Source: Gekko japonicus
Lineage: Eukaryota
DNA: 64,000 nucleotides
Assembly: GCF_001447785.1 (NCBI RefSeq)
Contig: NW_015169794.1
Location: 360,549-424,548 of the forward strand
Direction: 5' to 3'
Part shown: one piece after another, positions 24,650 to 36,218 of the stretch
How positions within the stretch are numbered: position 1 is the stretch's first letter
Layout of the letters: every line of letters begins with the position of its first letter
Notes under the pieces: generated by a model
What the model was told of the DNA's origin: nothing
What the model saw: the letters and a program-made list of their open reading frames with translations, nothing else
The model's database searches: none
Made by a program: the position numbers and the translations under genes

Positions 24650-26607
24650 CATTTGTATATATGCTTTATTTCTGGATACCACAAGCTATTTGAAACTTTA
24701 AGAAAGATGTAGGTGAGTGGGGATCAATACGTAGGTCAAAGTGTGGCACTAATTGAGTTCATGCACTCTTCCCTTAAATCTATTTAACTTTTCTGGCTTT
24801 CTTGACATTCCATTAAGGAGTGCTAAGGCAGGGAGGGGAGAACTTTGAGGAGAGGGGAGAACTTTCTAGGATTCCTGGAGAAAAAGCCATGGCAATTGAA
24901 CTGACTCAGAACCAGTTTCCCTAAATAATTTTAAACTCTGTGGATCCTCAATGGCATCATAACATATATTCTTGTTAATCCAAAATATGGATATATATAT
25001 ATTTATATATTGAGCTATTTTGTTTTCCAAGTCTGAGTTACAAGCAAGCCATAATTTGCAGAACACAAGGACATAAAGTAGAAACAGAAAGCTTTGAAGA
25101 AAGGGTTGTGGGAAGCATAGTGGCCACAGATCCCATTCCAACATGGATTTAATCACACAGGGTGGCAGGAAAAAATGATAATCTGAATGCCCCCTAGGAG
25201 TGGCACAAGGTAAAACAAAGAAAGGTACAGATACAGACGTTCTTTCAACCAATCAAGCATATTGCCTGGGGTAATCCTACCCCTCCATTTCCCCGCCCCC
25301 AGCCTCTTCTGCTTACACAAATAACACATTTAAAGAATAAGTGAGTATAGCAAGAGAAAATGCAGGTGTGCTAGGAAAGAAATCAAGCAGTCATTGTTCA
25401 TTTGTATCATTCCATTAATACTGCTGCGGTGATTGAGAAATCATTGTTGTCCACTACAATCAATGGAAGCATTTGATCCTATCCACACAGTTAACATGCA
25501 TTTGAAACAAGATTGTGCTCTTCTGCCAGTCTGAGCTATATTTCATCACATAATGTCATTTATGAATAACTGATCATGTGTCCATGTTTATGGTATCTTT
25601 CATTGTATGGGTTTTCATGACACTGGCGCACAGATGCTTCCATTTTTAGTGTCTCCCAAGTTGATGTGTGCCAAACAGTCCTCTTGGCATTGTCATAATG
25701 TAGTTCACAGCCAACCAACAAGGCTGTCTCCCTTTGAGGCAAAAGTCCACAAGAATTTTCCAGGCAATTCCCAGCATCCTGGCATTCACAACTAGCAGTT
25801 CAACATCCCATTCCACTCTGGAAGCATCCAGGAACAGCTCAGTTTCTCTCTCAGCCCCAAATTTGCTAGCACATGGACATACAGAAAGTGTTTGCTGCGT
25901 TATTTGAAGAGGACACCCGTCTGATAAAAATGCTCACTCAATTTGTGAAACTATACCACACAGACTACCATCCCTGCTCAATGCCTACTTTCAAGGTTAA
26001 CATCTTTCTTGAAAGATACTGTTTATTTCCCCCTCCTTCTACTAAGCAGCCTGTTTGGCAGGAAGCTCTTTCCAATTCACATGACAGCCTCGAACTGTTA
26101 ATGAGTAAAGTTAACAGGTTACAGCATTCACCATAACTTTTCCCCCTCCAAATATATTTTGTTTGCTATGGAGTCTTCCTTTAGCGTCCAAGAATGTGTT
26201 GATCAAAAAGTCCATCAGCAAAGCACTGCTTTGTGTTGTAAACACATAGTGTAGCATTTATTTTACAATCATATGGGGGAACCTAACCCACCATGAATGC
26301 AGCCAACTTGTTGATAAGTCACAGGTCATGCTTATAACACAGTGAATTTCAAATGTCATTGGCACTGTACTCTCCCATATGGAATATTTGGCACTGCTGG
26401 CAGAATGACGCTGTATAATGAAGACATTCCAGCTGCCTTGGCATTCCTCTGCAGGGCAGAAATGTCCTTCAGTCTATGGTGATGTTTATTCCTGCCACAG
26501 TTGTTACTTTGGTCATTCTGCTCTTATTTGCAATCCTTACGTTCCACCACGCAGCAATGCACTCAGTACATAGGGTCCACGGCCCGTTGGTTACAGGCTC
26601 TGTGTCA
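24650..26607 (-). other. DKK2: Putative DKK2 3' UTR (may extend to about 23730)
   Basis: Repeat-poor, AT-rich sequence after the stop. Minus-strand AATAAA at 26490-26485, 26262-26257 and 24670-24665, and ATTAAA at 23751-23746. The true end cannot be determined from sequence. Confidence 0.55.
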
Positions 26608-26858
26608 TCAGATCTTCTGGCACACGTGAAGTCTTGCTTTTGAAGAGTAGGTGGCGTCTTTCCAGATTTTGCATGACAGCCCTTTAGCACAGTCACATCG
26701 CTGGAAAATCTCCAAGCCGTGGGACCCTTTCTTGCGCTGTTTGGTGCACACCTCCCCTTGGTGCAAGACGGGCTTACAAATTTTGGTCCAGAAATGACGT
26801 GCACAGCAGAAGCCCTCGGTACAGTCAGAGGACCTTAAACAGGGGTCTCCTTCATGAC
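26608..26858 (-). CDS. DKK2: Dickkopf-2 exon 4 coding part (251 bp, colipase-fold CRD2, stop)
   Basis: Translation (G)HEGDPCLRSSDCTEGFCCARHFWTKICKPVLHQGEVCTKQRKKGSHGLEIFQRCDCAKGLSCKIWKDATYSSKARLHVCQKI*. Acceptor tttttag|GT. TGA at 26610-26608 is followed by a second in-frame TGA. Confidence 0.98.
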
Positions 26859-27084
26859 CTAAAAATAAAAGAGGAAACCATAACTCTCAGTGCACAGGGG
26901 AAAGAAAAGGAATGGATTAAACCGACCTACAAAAAAAGTGCAACAGTACAAACAGGGGGAAACTACCCACTACCAAATGAAAAATGTATTAAAAATCTAT
27001 TTTTCATAGAAAAAGTGTATATATTAGGAACAGGGAAATCCAGTGTCTACTTTCAAGCAAACATGAATAAGGAGGAGGAAGAAG

Positions 27085-27364
27085 AAGGAGAAGGAGAAGA
27101 AGAGATTAGATTTATACCCTGCTCTTCACTTGGAACCTCAGAGCAGTTTACAATCTCCTTTCCCTTCCCCTCCCGACAGCAGACACCCTGTGAGTTAGAT
27201 GGGGCTGAGAGAGCTCTTTCGAGGATGGCTCTTGAGAGAACAGCTCTGAGAGAACTTGTGACTGACCCAAGGTCACACCAGCAGCTGCACATGGAGGAGT
27301 GGGAAATCAAACTCGGTTCTCCCAGATTAGCATCTGCACTCTTAACTACTACACCAAACTGGCT
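27085..27364 (-). mobile_element. tRNA-headed SINE, long form, in DKK2 intron 3
   Basis: Same family; accounts for most of ORF-track ORFs 26799..27488 and 27053..27385. Confidence 0.88.
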
Positions 27365-28329
27365 TATTGAACTGAGTAACATCATTATACTGTCTGTTTC
27401 AGGCCCGCTCGTTATTTATGTTATAGTTTTATATTTATGCAACATAAAAGGCATTACTTTAAATGATGGTGAGCCACCCCATTTTTAAAAAGTTCACATG
27501 AAGTTGCCTTATACTGCCTTATACTGAATCATACCATTGGTCTTTCAGTCTTGTCTATGGGGAGGTCTACTTGTTTTGTCTCCAGTATCTCAGGTCTTTC
27601 TTATCATCTGATCCTGTTAACTCAAAAGGCTGGGGACTGAACCTAGGACCTTCTGCATGCAAAACTGATACTCTTCTGCTGAGTCAGGGCCCTTCCCCCA
27701 GTTTGGGAAAGGTACATTAGAAATAATTTAAATACATAAATATATGCGTGCCTCTAAAATCCTGTAACTCGCATTTATATAGCACACATTGGATATGATC
27801 CAGCACAGAGACCACATTTTGAAGACTTCCATAGGCTTAAAAGAGCTCTTCCCCCCCTACCTCAGTATATATGCAGCATGGAGGATGGGTGTTCTATGCT
27901 TCTGTCCCAGACCCTGCATCCAGCCACCCTCCTTCTCTCCATTTGGTGCTAGTCTCTTCTGCTTCAGAGCATGGGTACTTTGAACCAAGTGAGAAGGCTG
28001 GTTGAGGATCTAGGTAACACACATAAACCTCCCATTTGCTACCTACATAAGCACCCAGGAGGCAGGATGGGAAAAGAGGTGTCTATTGAACTTATAGGAA
28101 TCCTGTATACGTGGATGCATTTTCCATGGTTGGGTCTCCTTATTTATTCTTTTGATGACGTCCTTGCTGGTTTGTGGGCTGGGTCTGAGAGTAAGCCTTC
28201 TGCGACACATTCCTTAAGGTTACCCACGTTGTAGCAAGTTGGTTATTTTACATGCATTGTATGTTGAGGGCAGCATCTTAAATGCAGAAGGGGTTTTGTA
28301 TATGGATGATTCCAAGACAGACAAGCATG

Positions 28330-28605
28330 GACGACTTCAAAAGGGAATTAGATAAGCATATGGAGCAGAGGTCCATCAGTGGCTATTAGCCACAAGGTAT
28401 AGATAGGGGCTCTGGGGTGAGTGATGCTCTGTCTTCTTGGTGCTTGGGGGGGGGTCAACAGTGGGAGGGCTTCTAATGTCCTGGCCCCACTGGTGGACCT
28501 CCTGATGGCACTGGTATTTCTGGCCACTGTGTGACACAGAGTGTTGGACAGGATAGGCCTTTGGTCTGTTCCAACATTGGCATCTCTTATGCTCTTATGT
28601 TCTTA
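28330..28605 (+). mobile_element. CR1 3' end in DKK2 intron 3
   Basis: FKRELDKHMEQRSISGY*, then 3' UTR and (TTCTTATG)n tail. Same family as 8405 and 55263. Confidence 0.9.
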
Positions 28606-29494
28606 CTTGCAAGTTGGTGAAGGTTCAAGGTCTTCCTGTGTCTTTCTCAGACCAAAGAAATACACGTTTAAATCCTTATTTCATAATAGTTTTGATCCAA
28701 ACAGCTATTTCTGCTGGTGAAAAAAGGAGTGTGTCTCCTTTGGCCACTCAAAAAAGCTATGGGATATGCATGTACAAAAACCATAGTGCTGGACGAGGAG
28801 AAGAACTGGGTGAGACTAAACGAAAATGCTTCCTGGATCCAAAACAATGTTACAGAAAATTCAGGAAAGACTTGGTGAATCTTTAGGCAAGAAAAAGGTC
28901 AAGTCCCCAGAGTGGCACAAGAACCACCAGGTAGTCACAGGCTTTTGGGCATAATTTCCGCCAGACATAAGACTCTCATAAATGTGAGGAGAATTCTTCC
29001 TTATAATTTGGTGGCCACAAAGGAGTATGGTATGTCTGTATGTATGCTTCTTTCTTGTATCCTTTTGCCTTTCCTCCTCTTTCGGGTTTCTCTGCATCAT
29101 CTTTATCTGGTTTTGCATGGATTTCCTCTGAAGTAAATGCTTAAGAAATCTTTCCATCTGAGCTTCTCTGAATTTGGGGGGTTCTGAATTGTTTCTGATG
29201 TAATCAGCCTTCATTCAGTCGTAGGTGCACTGATTAATTATAGCACAAAGATCATCTTTATGTGATTGCATTAGTTCAGGGTAGCTTTTGAACTGTGCTT
29301 TGATTAAGCACATGCATGCACTGATTAAGTCCCAGACCCCAAAAGAAAATTGATGAACTTGTTTGCATTGATTAATCAGAGTGCAAAAATGAAACAGTTC
29401 ACTGAGAGCTGGACCTGATTCTGTGATTTTATGGCAAGGTACACTATGCCTTTTTGCTTTCTTTGCTACTTTACTGCACTTTTAAGTGTTTACT

Positions 29495-30205
29495 TAATTT
29501 GTGCACCCCAATTTAAGAAGGATATAGACAAGCTGGAACGTGTCCAGAGGAGGGTAACGAAGATGGTGAGGGGTCTGGAGACCATGTCCTATGAGGAAAG
29601 GTTGAAGGAGCTGGGCATGTTTAGCTTGGGGAGGAGGCGACTGAGAGGTGATATGATAACCATCTTCAAGTACTTGAAGGACTGTCATATAGAGGATGGT
29701 ACAGAGTTGTTTTCTATTGTCCCAGAAGGTTGGACCAGAACCAACAGGTTGAAATTAAATCAGAATTGTTTTTGGCTAAACATGAGGAAGAACTTCCTGA
29801 CAGAGTGATTACTCAGTGGAACAGGCTTCCTCGGGAGGTGGTAGGCTCTCCTTCTTTGGAGGTTTTCAAACAGAGGCTACGCGGCCATCTGACAGCAATG
29901 CGGATTCTGTGAATTTAGGCAGATCATGAGAGGGAGGGCAGGAAGGGTTGCCTCAGCGTTTAGTTCTTGTGGCCCTTTCTTACACGCCCAGGGAAATGCT
30001 GATTGCCACTTTGGGGTCAGGAAGCAATTTTTCTCCAGGCCTGTTTGGCCAGGGATCCTGGAGGTTTTTTGTCATCTTCTGGGCATGGAACAGCGGTCAC
30101 CACGGGTGTGGATGAGGAGGTATTTGTGAATTTCCTACCTTTTGCAGGGGGTTGGACTAGATGACCTTGGAGATCCCTTCCAACTCTATGATTCTATGAT
30201 TCTAT
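29495..30205 (+). mobile_element. CR1 3' fragment with (ATTCTATG)n tail, DKK2 intron 3
   Basis: [26 protein letters not shown]...RLRGDMITIFKYLK and QWNRLPREVVGSPSLEVFK motifs; tail at about 30185-30205. Confidence 0.95.
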
Positions 30206-30467
30206 TGAAAGTTGATTTTCTATATTCAGATTTATTTGGAGTTTTTGAATATTTTAGACTGCTGTGGCCATTTTCTAAAAGTGCTTATGCCTGGTTTATA
30301 CTGTTGTCGGTATGTTACCCTGAGTACTTTGTAGGAGAGTGGGACACAAATAAAATAAAGGGATGAATAAACTGGCTTTCTAAAAGTGTCATTGTGTACT
30401 TAACAGAGAAAGGCAGTTCCTTCTCAGAAGACAATCATAGTGCAAGAGATTGATGATCCAGTCCTAC

Positions 30468-30617
30468 CTTTTACGTGTGTTAACTTGGACTGCCCTTTCC
30501 CGAGATTCTGCCAGCCCAAGTCCTTGCTGGGATAATGATTATTTTTCTTGTTGCGGGGTACTTCAAGGGCTGGGATATGTGGTGTGAGAATGCTTTCAGT
30601 CACTGGTATGCAGATAC
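30468..30617 (-). CDS. DKK2: Dickkopf-2 exon 3 (150 bp, end of CRD1 plus linker)
   Basis: Translation (G)ICIPVTESILTPHIPALEVPRNKKNNHYPSKDLGWQNLGKGQSKLTHVK(G). Pyrimidine-rich acceptor ccctag|GT, donor AAG|gtagg. Phase 1/1 joins exons 2 and 4 in frame. Confidence 0.98.
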
Positions 30618-31036
30618 CTAGGGTGAGATAAGTAAAACAAGAAAAGTCAGTAAGGTCTTATGAGGACAGTGTGTCAGTGAGCTTATTGTTCACTAAGGAA
30701 GAGTCTGCTGAATTTATTTATTTATTTATGTTTAGATTTATATCCCGCCCTACCCCGAAGGCTCAGGGTGGCTTACAGGGGCACTATGTGCCAAGATTAT
30801 AACAGTAAAACACATAATATTAAACAATAAATTACAATAAAATACAGTAACAAGTTTACATTACAAGTTTACAAATTTAACCAAGATGGGCAGATCTTAA
30901 CCTCCATGGTAGCTTCTTGAAATCTTGTCATCCAAATCATGCCCGGATGCCTCATCCCTCCAGTGGGATCCAGACAATCATGATGGTAATACGATAGTGC
31001 ATAGGGGCTGTGGTGGAATAGTGGTGGCGGCAGCTC

Positions 31037-33791
31037 CTACTCAAAGGCCTGGCGGAAGAGCTCTGTCTTGCAGGCCCTGCGAAACTGAGAAAGGTCCCGC
31101 AGGGCCCGGATCTCCTCCGGAAGCTCCTTCCACCAGGTAGGAGCTGCCACCGAAAATGCCCTGGTCCTGGTCACCGCAAATTTAACATCTCTAGGCCCTG
31201 GAATTTCCAGGAGATGACGACTCCCTGACCGTAGTACCCTTGGGGAAACATATGGAGAAAGGCGGTCCCTCAGGTAGGCTGGACCCTGGCCATAAAGGGC
31301 TTTAAAGTTCAAAACCAGCACTTTGAAGCGAATCCGGTACACTATCAGCAGCCAGTGCAGCGCTTTCAGCACAGGCTGAATGTGGTCCCTCCTCGAGAGG
31401 CCCATCAACAGCCTGGCTGCAGCATTCTGCACTAGCTGCAGCCTCCGAATTTGCAACAAAGGCAGCCCCATGTAGAGAGCGTTACAGTAGTCTAGCCTTG
31501 AGGTAACCATCGCATGGATCACTGTGGCCACGTCCTCACGGCTAAGGTNNNNNNNNNNNNNNNNNNNNNNNNNNNNNNNNNNNNNNNNNNNNNNNNNNNN
31601 NNNNNNNNNNNNNNNNNNNNNNNNNNNNNNNNNNNNNNNNNNNNNNNNNNNNNNNNNNNNNNNNNNNNNNNNNNNNNNNNNNNNNNNNNNNNNNNNNNNN
31701 NNNNNNNNNNNNNNNNNNNNNNNNNNNNNNNNNNNNNNNNNNNNNNNNNNNNNNNNNNNNNNNNNNNNNNNNNNNNNNNNNNNNNNNNNNNNNNNNNNNN
31801 NNNNNNNNNNNNNNNNNNNNNNNNNNNNNNNNNNNNNNNNNNNNNNNNNNNNNNNNNNNNNNNNNNNNNNNNNNNNNNNNNNNNNNNNNNNNNNNNNNNN
31901 NNNNNNNNNNNNNNNNNNNNNNNNNNNNNNNNNNNNNNNNNNNNNNNNNNNNNNNNNNNNNNNNNNNNNNNNNNNNNNNNNNNNNNNNNNNNNNNNNNNN
32001 NNNNNNNNNNNNNNNNNNNNNNNNNNNNNNNNNNNNNNNNNNNNNNNNNNNNNNNNNNNNNNNNNNNNNNNNNNNNNNNNNNNNNNNNNNNNNNNNNNNN
32101 NNNNNNNNNNNNNNNNNNNNNNNNNNNNNNNNNNNNNNNNNNNNNNNNNNNNNNNNNNNNNNNNNNGGACCATCGCTTCCTTGAGTGCCCAAGGGAATTG
32201 GCCCTCTATGAGGGACATGTTGATAATCTCCCACAGGGCACCTCGAAACCCCTCATGGCCAGCTTTAATAAGCCAAGAGGAGCACGGATCAAGGTCGCAT
32301 GTGGTTGGGCGCACCGATACAAGCAGTCTGTCAAATTCCTCCAGACTAAATTGGTCAAAACACTCTAAACCCGGCTCCAAAGACGTGTAAGGGGCCTCAA
32401 GTTCACTCACTGTCTCAAGTGTGGTGGGGAGATCGCAACGAAGCACTGAGACTTCATCTTCAAAATAGCTCGCAAATGCCTCACAGCCAATATCCAATTC
32501 CCTAATGTTTTGTCTGCCCTGTGGCAGAACTGTCAAAGATTGAATTGTACTAAATAATTGGGCTGGGCGTGAGCTAGCAGATGCAATCGTGGCCGCATAG
32601 AACTCTCTCTTTGCAGCTTTGGCTACCATCTCATAGGCCTTCATAAATGTCCTATAAGATGCTCTAGATGCTTCGTTGTGAGTTTGATGCCACCGTCTCT
32701 CTAGCCATCTCAGCTCACTCTTCAGCTCGCGCAACTCCTGGGTATACCAAGTGCAGAGAGGGCACCTTGGAGCGATCTCGTCAATGGCCGAGGAGAGCCG
32801 GTCCTGCCAGTCCTCCACCAGCTCATCCAATGAGCCGCCAGGGGGCCTCGGATCCCGCAGGGCCATCTGGAGCCACAACGGGTCCATTTGGCGCCACGAG
32901 CAAGCATAAATCTGCTCGCCACCTAAACAGGGTCGACATTTGGCACCACGAGCAAGCATAAATCTGCTCGCCACCTAAACAGGGTCGGGGTGGGGCCCTC
33001 AGACGGGCCTTCAGGGCCTGGTGGTTTGACCATGGCACTACCTCCATAGTAATCCGGTCCACCTTCACCCCCGCCGTGAAGATCAAATCGAGCGTGTGGC
33101 CGGCCCGATGTGTAAGAGCCGAGACAAGCTGAGAGAGTCCCAGCATCACCATGGTCAACACCAGGTCTGTAGCCCGGCTGGAGGCCGCGTCCTCGGCATG
33201 GACATTGAAATCACCCAAGACAATCAGCCTAGGGTGCTCCAATGCCCAGCCTGATACAGCCTCCAGCAGGGATGGCAGACTACTGGCTGATGCGTTAGGC
33301 GGTCGGTACACCAGCCAGATTGCCAAACTCTCCTCAGCCTCCAGCATCACACCGACACACTCCACACCCACGATCTCCGCTTGCAGAAGTGCCCTGAAGG
33401 AGTAAGGCTCCCGAATGAGGATAGCCACTCCCCCCCACCCCTGAGTCCGTGACTGGTGGAGGACCAAAAACCCAGGCGGGGTAAGCTGGGCGAGAGCTAC
33501 TGTCTCTCCCTCCCACACCCAGGTCTCGGTCACACACGCCAGGTCTGCATGTTGGTCTTGTACAAAATCTCGAAGGATTGTAGTTTTGTTATTAACAGAC
33601 CTGGTGTTAAACAGCACCAGTGAAGGAGGGGGGTTCTTCCTCCTGGCTCCACTGCCAGCCACCGTTGGGATGGGCCGAAGGCTGGAAGGGCGCCGAGCCA
33701 TTCTATTTCTCAGCATCCTCCCCTTAAAACTCCGCTTCGGCCCACCACACTTCCCCCGCCCCAAGAGCATTGGAATTTGCTGACCAGCCAT
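31037..33791 (-). pseudogene. L2 ORF2 (APE endonuclease + reverse transcriptase), frameshifted
   Basis: APE motifs FNTRS, ACVTETW, VYRPP, LGDFNVH and GHTLDLIF. Downstream motifs CDLDPCSSWLIK, SRLDYCNALY, LQLVQNAAARL and RAFSVAAPTWW. A 52-nt duplication at 32885-32987 shifts the frame; the RT core lies in the N gap. Confidence 0.92.
31549..32166. other. Assembly gap (618 N) inside the L2 RT
   Basis: N run. Confidence 1.
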
Positions 33792-35204
33792 TTATTCCCC
33801 TGATGGCTGCCGCAATACTTCAGGCCACCAGTGGCTTGGATGACAGAGCACAGCAAAACCGCTCTCACAGTGCAACAGCTTAATCTTAACTTAACCTACT
33901 GCTACAAACACTCTGAGTGCTATTGAACAGAATATTAACAATATTTCCTCACCTAACAGTTCCTACCAGAGAACTATATTTATCTAAGCATTGTGAGTCC
34001 CTGGACTAAAAACCAACATTCATCACCATACAATCTCTCATACAGCACTCACTCACTCACTCAGTATCCTACTAGCAGGCAGATCATAAGACATCCCAAC
34101 CCACAGACACTCAAACTGTTGCAAATGAAAGAAGGTTCTGCCACTACCTCTCCCGCTGCAAAGGGCATAGATGTAAACAACCCTCCACTTCTCGCATTGT
34201 AAAACAGTCTAGTAGCCGCCTCCAATTTCCAAGCCCTCCCCCAAAGGGAAGAGAAACAGCTTTCTTCCACGGGTGCCCGTTCCCCAGGCCAGCCACCAGA
34301 GGCACTCTATGCACCCCGACCAGCCCAGCTGCACGGTCCAAGCCAACTCCCTGATCTCCAACTTTCATCAGCTCTTCAGGCTCCGATGTACCACTGTCAG
34401 GGTCCTCAGTCCCCCAACCGCTCCGATGCTTCCCCCTCAGCGACCAATTTCCGTGATCAGGAGTCCTCGATGGTTCCCGCTGGGATGGCTCAACTTTCGT
34501 GGCCGCTCCCTCCGTCAAAGCTGGGGACAGTCTGTCTTCCTCTGGCTCCACGACGAAAATGAATAGTTAGGAAACCATTCCATATTTGGTTTCAATAAAT
34601 CAAATTGCCTGGTTTAAGTTGGGTCAGTGCTATTATTCCCATGTTGTAAAGGGGAGGTGAGACTGAGAAAGTTGTCTACAGTTACCTATTGAATATGTGG
34701 CCGAAAGGAAGTTTGAACTGGGTACTTGCTGGCTCATAGCTCATTTTTATAGTACCATCCTAAGCTTAGTTGTCTCAAGAGGGGGTATCTCTGCAGAGGA
34801 CTGGAGAGATCTCTAACTCTACCTGAGGTGGTATTGTTTCTGGGCTATACACCTTCAGACTGCATGTGGGAACACACATGACTGAACATTCCTCCACATA
34901 AAATAATCTCCCACCCTCACAGAGAACTAAACAGAAGCCTAGGCTTCTCCTTGACACATAGTTGATGCATGCAAAGAGTTGATTCGGGTGGTGAAGCATT
35001 AGGTTTATTCCAGCCATTCTTTTTTTCACTCAGTCTCATAGAATTCTCCTCCACACCACGGCTCCTGTATCACATAGTTTTTATCCATGCAGATCCTTAA
35101 TCCCTAACATAGCCCTCTAAGGGGGCCCTTCCTTCCTTTTTTTTCCTTTCCCACAAGCGGAAAAGCTGGTTGGCTTCAACTGATTGAATCATGTGGCTCC
35201 TCCA

Positions 35205-36218
35205 CAGGGGTCATTTCCTGCAGGAGCGCACAGGAGCGGAGCTCCGGCAGTAAAGAGCCCAGGGGGCGGGCACATGCAACAAGCCCCGCCCCCTGCTCCC
35301 GGCAGCCCCCAGTCAGTCAACCCAGTGGTTGATTCAGTATCATCCAACAGTATCAGGGATTCGAACCTGCGTCTCTCCAGTCTAAGTTAAACCACTACGC
35401 CATACCATTACTGGCTCATTTTGACTAGCGTGGTGCAGTGGGGGAAATGTCATTTTAGGCTAGGGAGAGGCCTGGGTTCATCTCTTCCAACTTTCCATGA
35501 AGCTTGCTGGGTGACCTGGGGCCAATCGCTGTCCCTCAGCCTGACCTGACTCTAGGGTTGCCAACCTCCAGGTGGCACCTGGAGATCTCCCGCTATTATA
35601 ATTTGACCTCCAGACAACCAAGATCAGTTCCCTTGGAGAAAATGGCTGCTTTGGCGGATGTAATATATGGTATTATACCCTCCTGAGGTTTCTCCCCTCC
35701 CTAAACCCTGCCGTTCCCAGGCTCCACCCCCCAAATCACCAGGTGTTTCCCAAACCAGAGCTGGCAACCAATGCACCCTCTGAGCTTACAGAGAACACTG
35801 CTGGCAACCTGATCTACCTCAAAGCAGGGGTCATTTCCTGCAGGAGCACACAGGAGCGGAGCTCCGGCAGTAAGGAGCCCAGGGGGCAGGCACATGCAAC
35901 AAGCCCCACCCCCTGCTCCCAGCAGCCCTCAGTCAGATCAAGAAGCAGCCAAGTAAGTTGCAGAGCCCCCCCTCCCGCCGTCCAAAACAGTCCAGTGGAA
36001 CCTTTAAGACCACGTTTTATTCAGGTACAAGCTCTCCCTCCTCTGTGAGGACAGATCTGCACGTTCGCCCCCCCCACTAGCTAGCAATCCAAAACAGTCC
36101 AGTGGAGCCTGAGCAGTGGGTGTTGCCTTCTGACACACTTCCGGTGATGTCAGGGGGCATGGCATATGCAAATAAGGTATGCTAAAAAAACCCCTCTTTT
36201 TCTACGAAATGACCCCTG
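35205..36218. mobile_element. Composite hAT element with duplicated left end and captured DNA
   Basis: TIR caggggtcatttc / gaaatgacccctg. Perfect TSD ctcctcca at 35197-35204 and 36219-36226. Second left end at 35825. Confidence 0.88.

Larger units (their letters stand above)
30713..34560 (-). mobile_element. Near full-length L2-clade LINE in DKK2 intron 2 (sense orientation)
   Basis: APE endonuclease and RT ORF2 pieces, a CpG-rich 5' region up to about 34560, and a 3' UTR ending in a (TAAA)n tail at about 30713. The 3' end is shared with the copy at 11763-12260. Confidence 0.92.

Noticed and set aside
26469-26804. 111-aa minus-strand ORF in the track
   Set aside because: It is the wrong frame of DKK2 exon 4; the true frame is entered by splicing at 26858.
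26799-27488. 229-aa plus-strand ORF with a poly-E tract
   Set aside because: It is antisense to DKK2 intron 3 and largely a SINE with its (CTT)n tail. The same peptide pieces recur at every copy of that SINE.
31514-32390. Long ORFs of 230-288 aa (also at 44658-45225)
   Set aside because: Artefacts of translating through N gaps.
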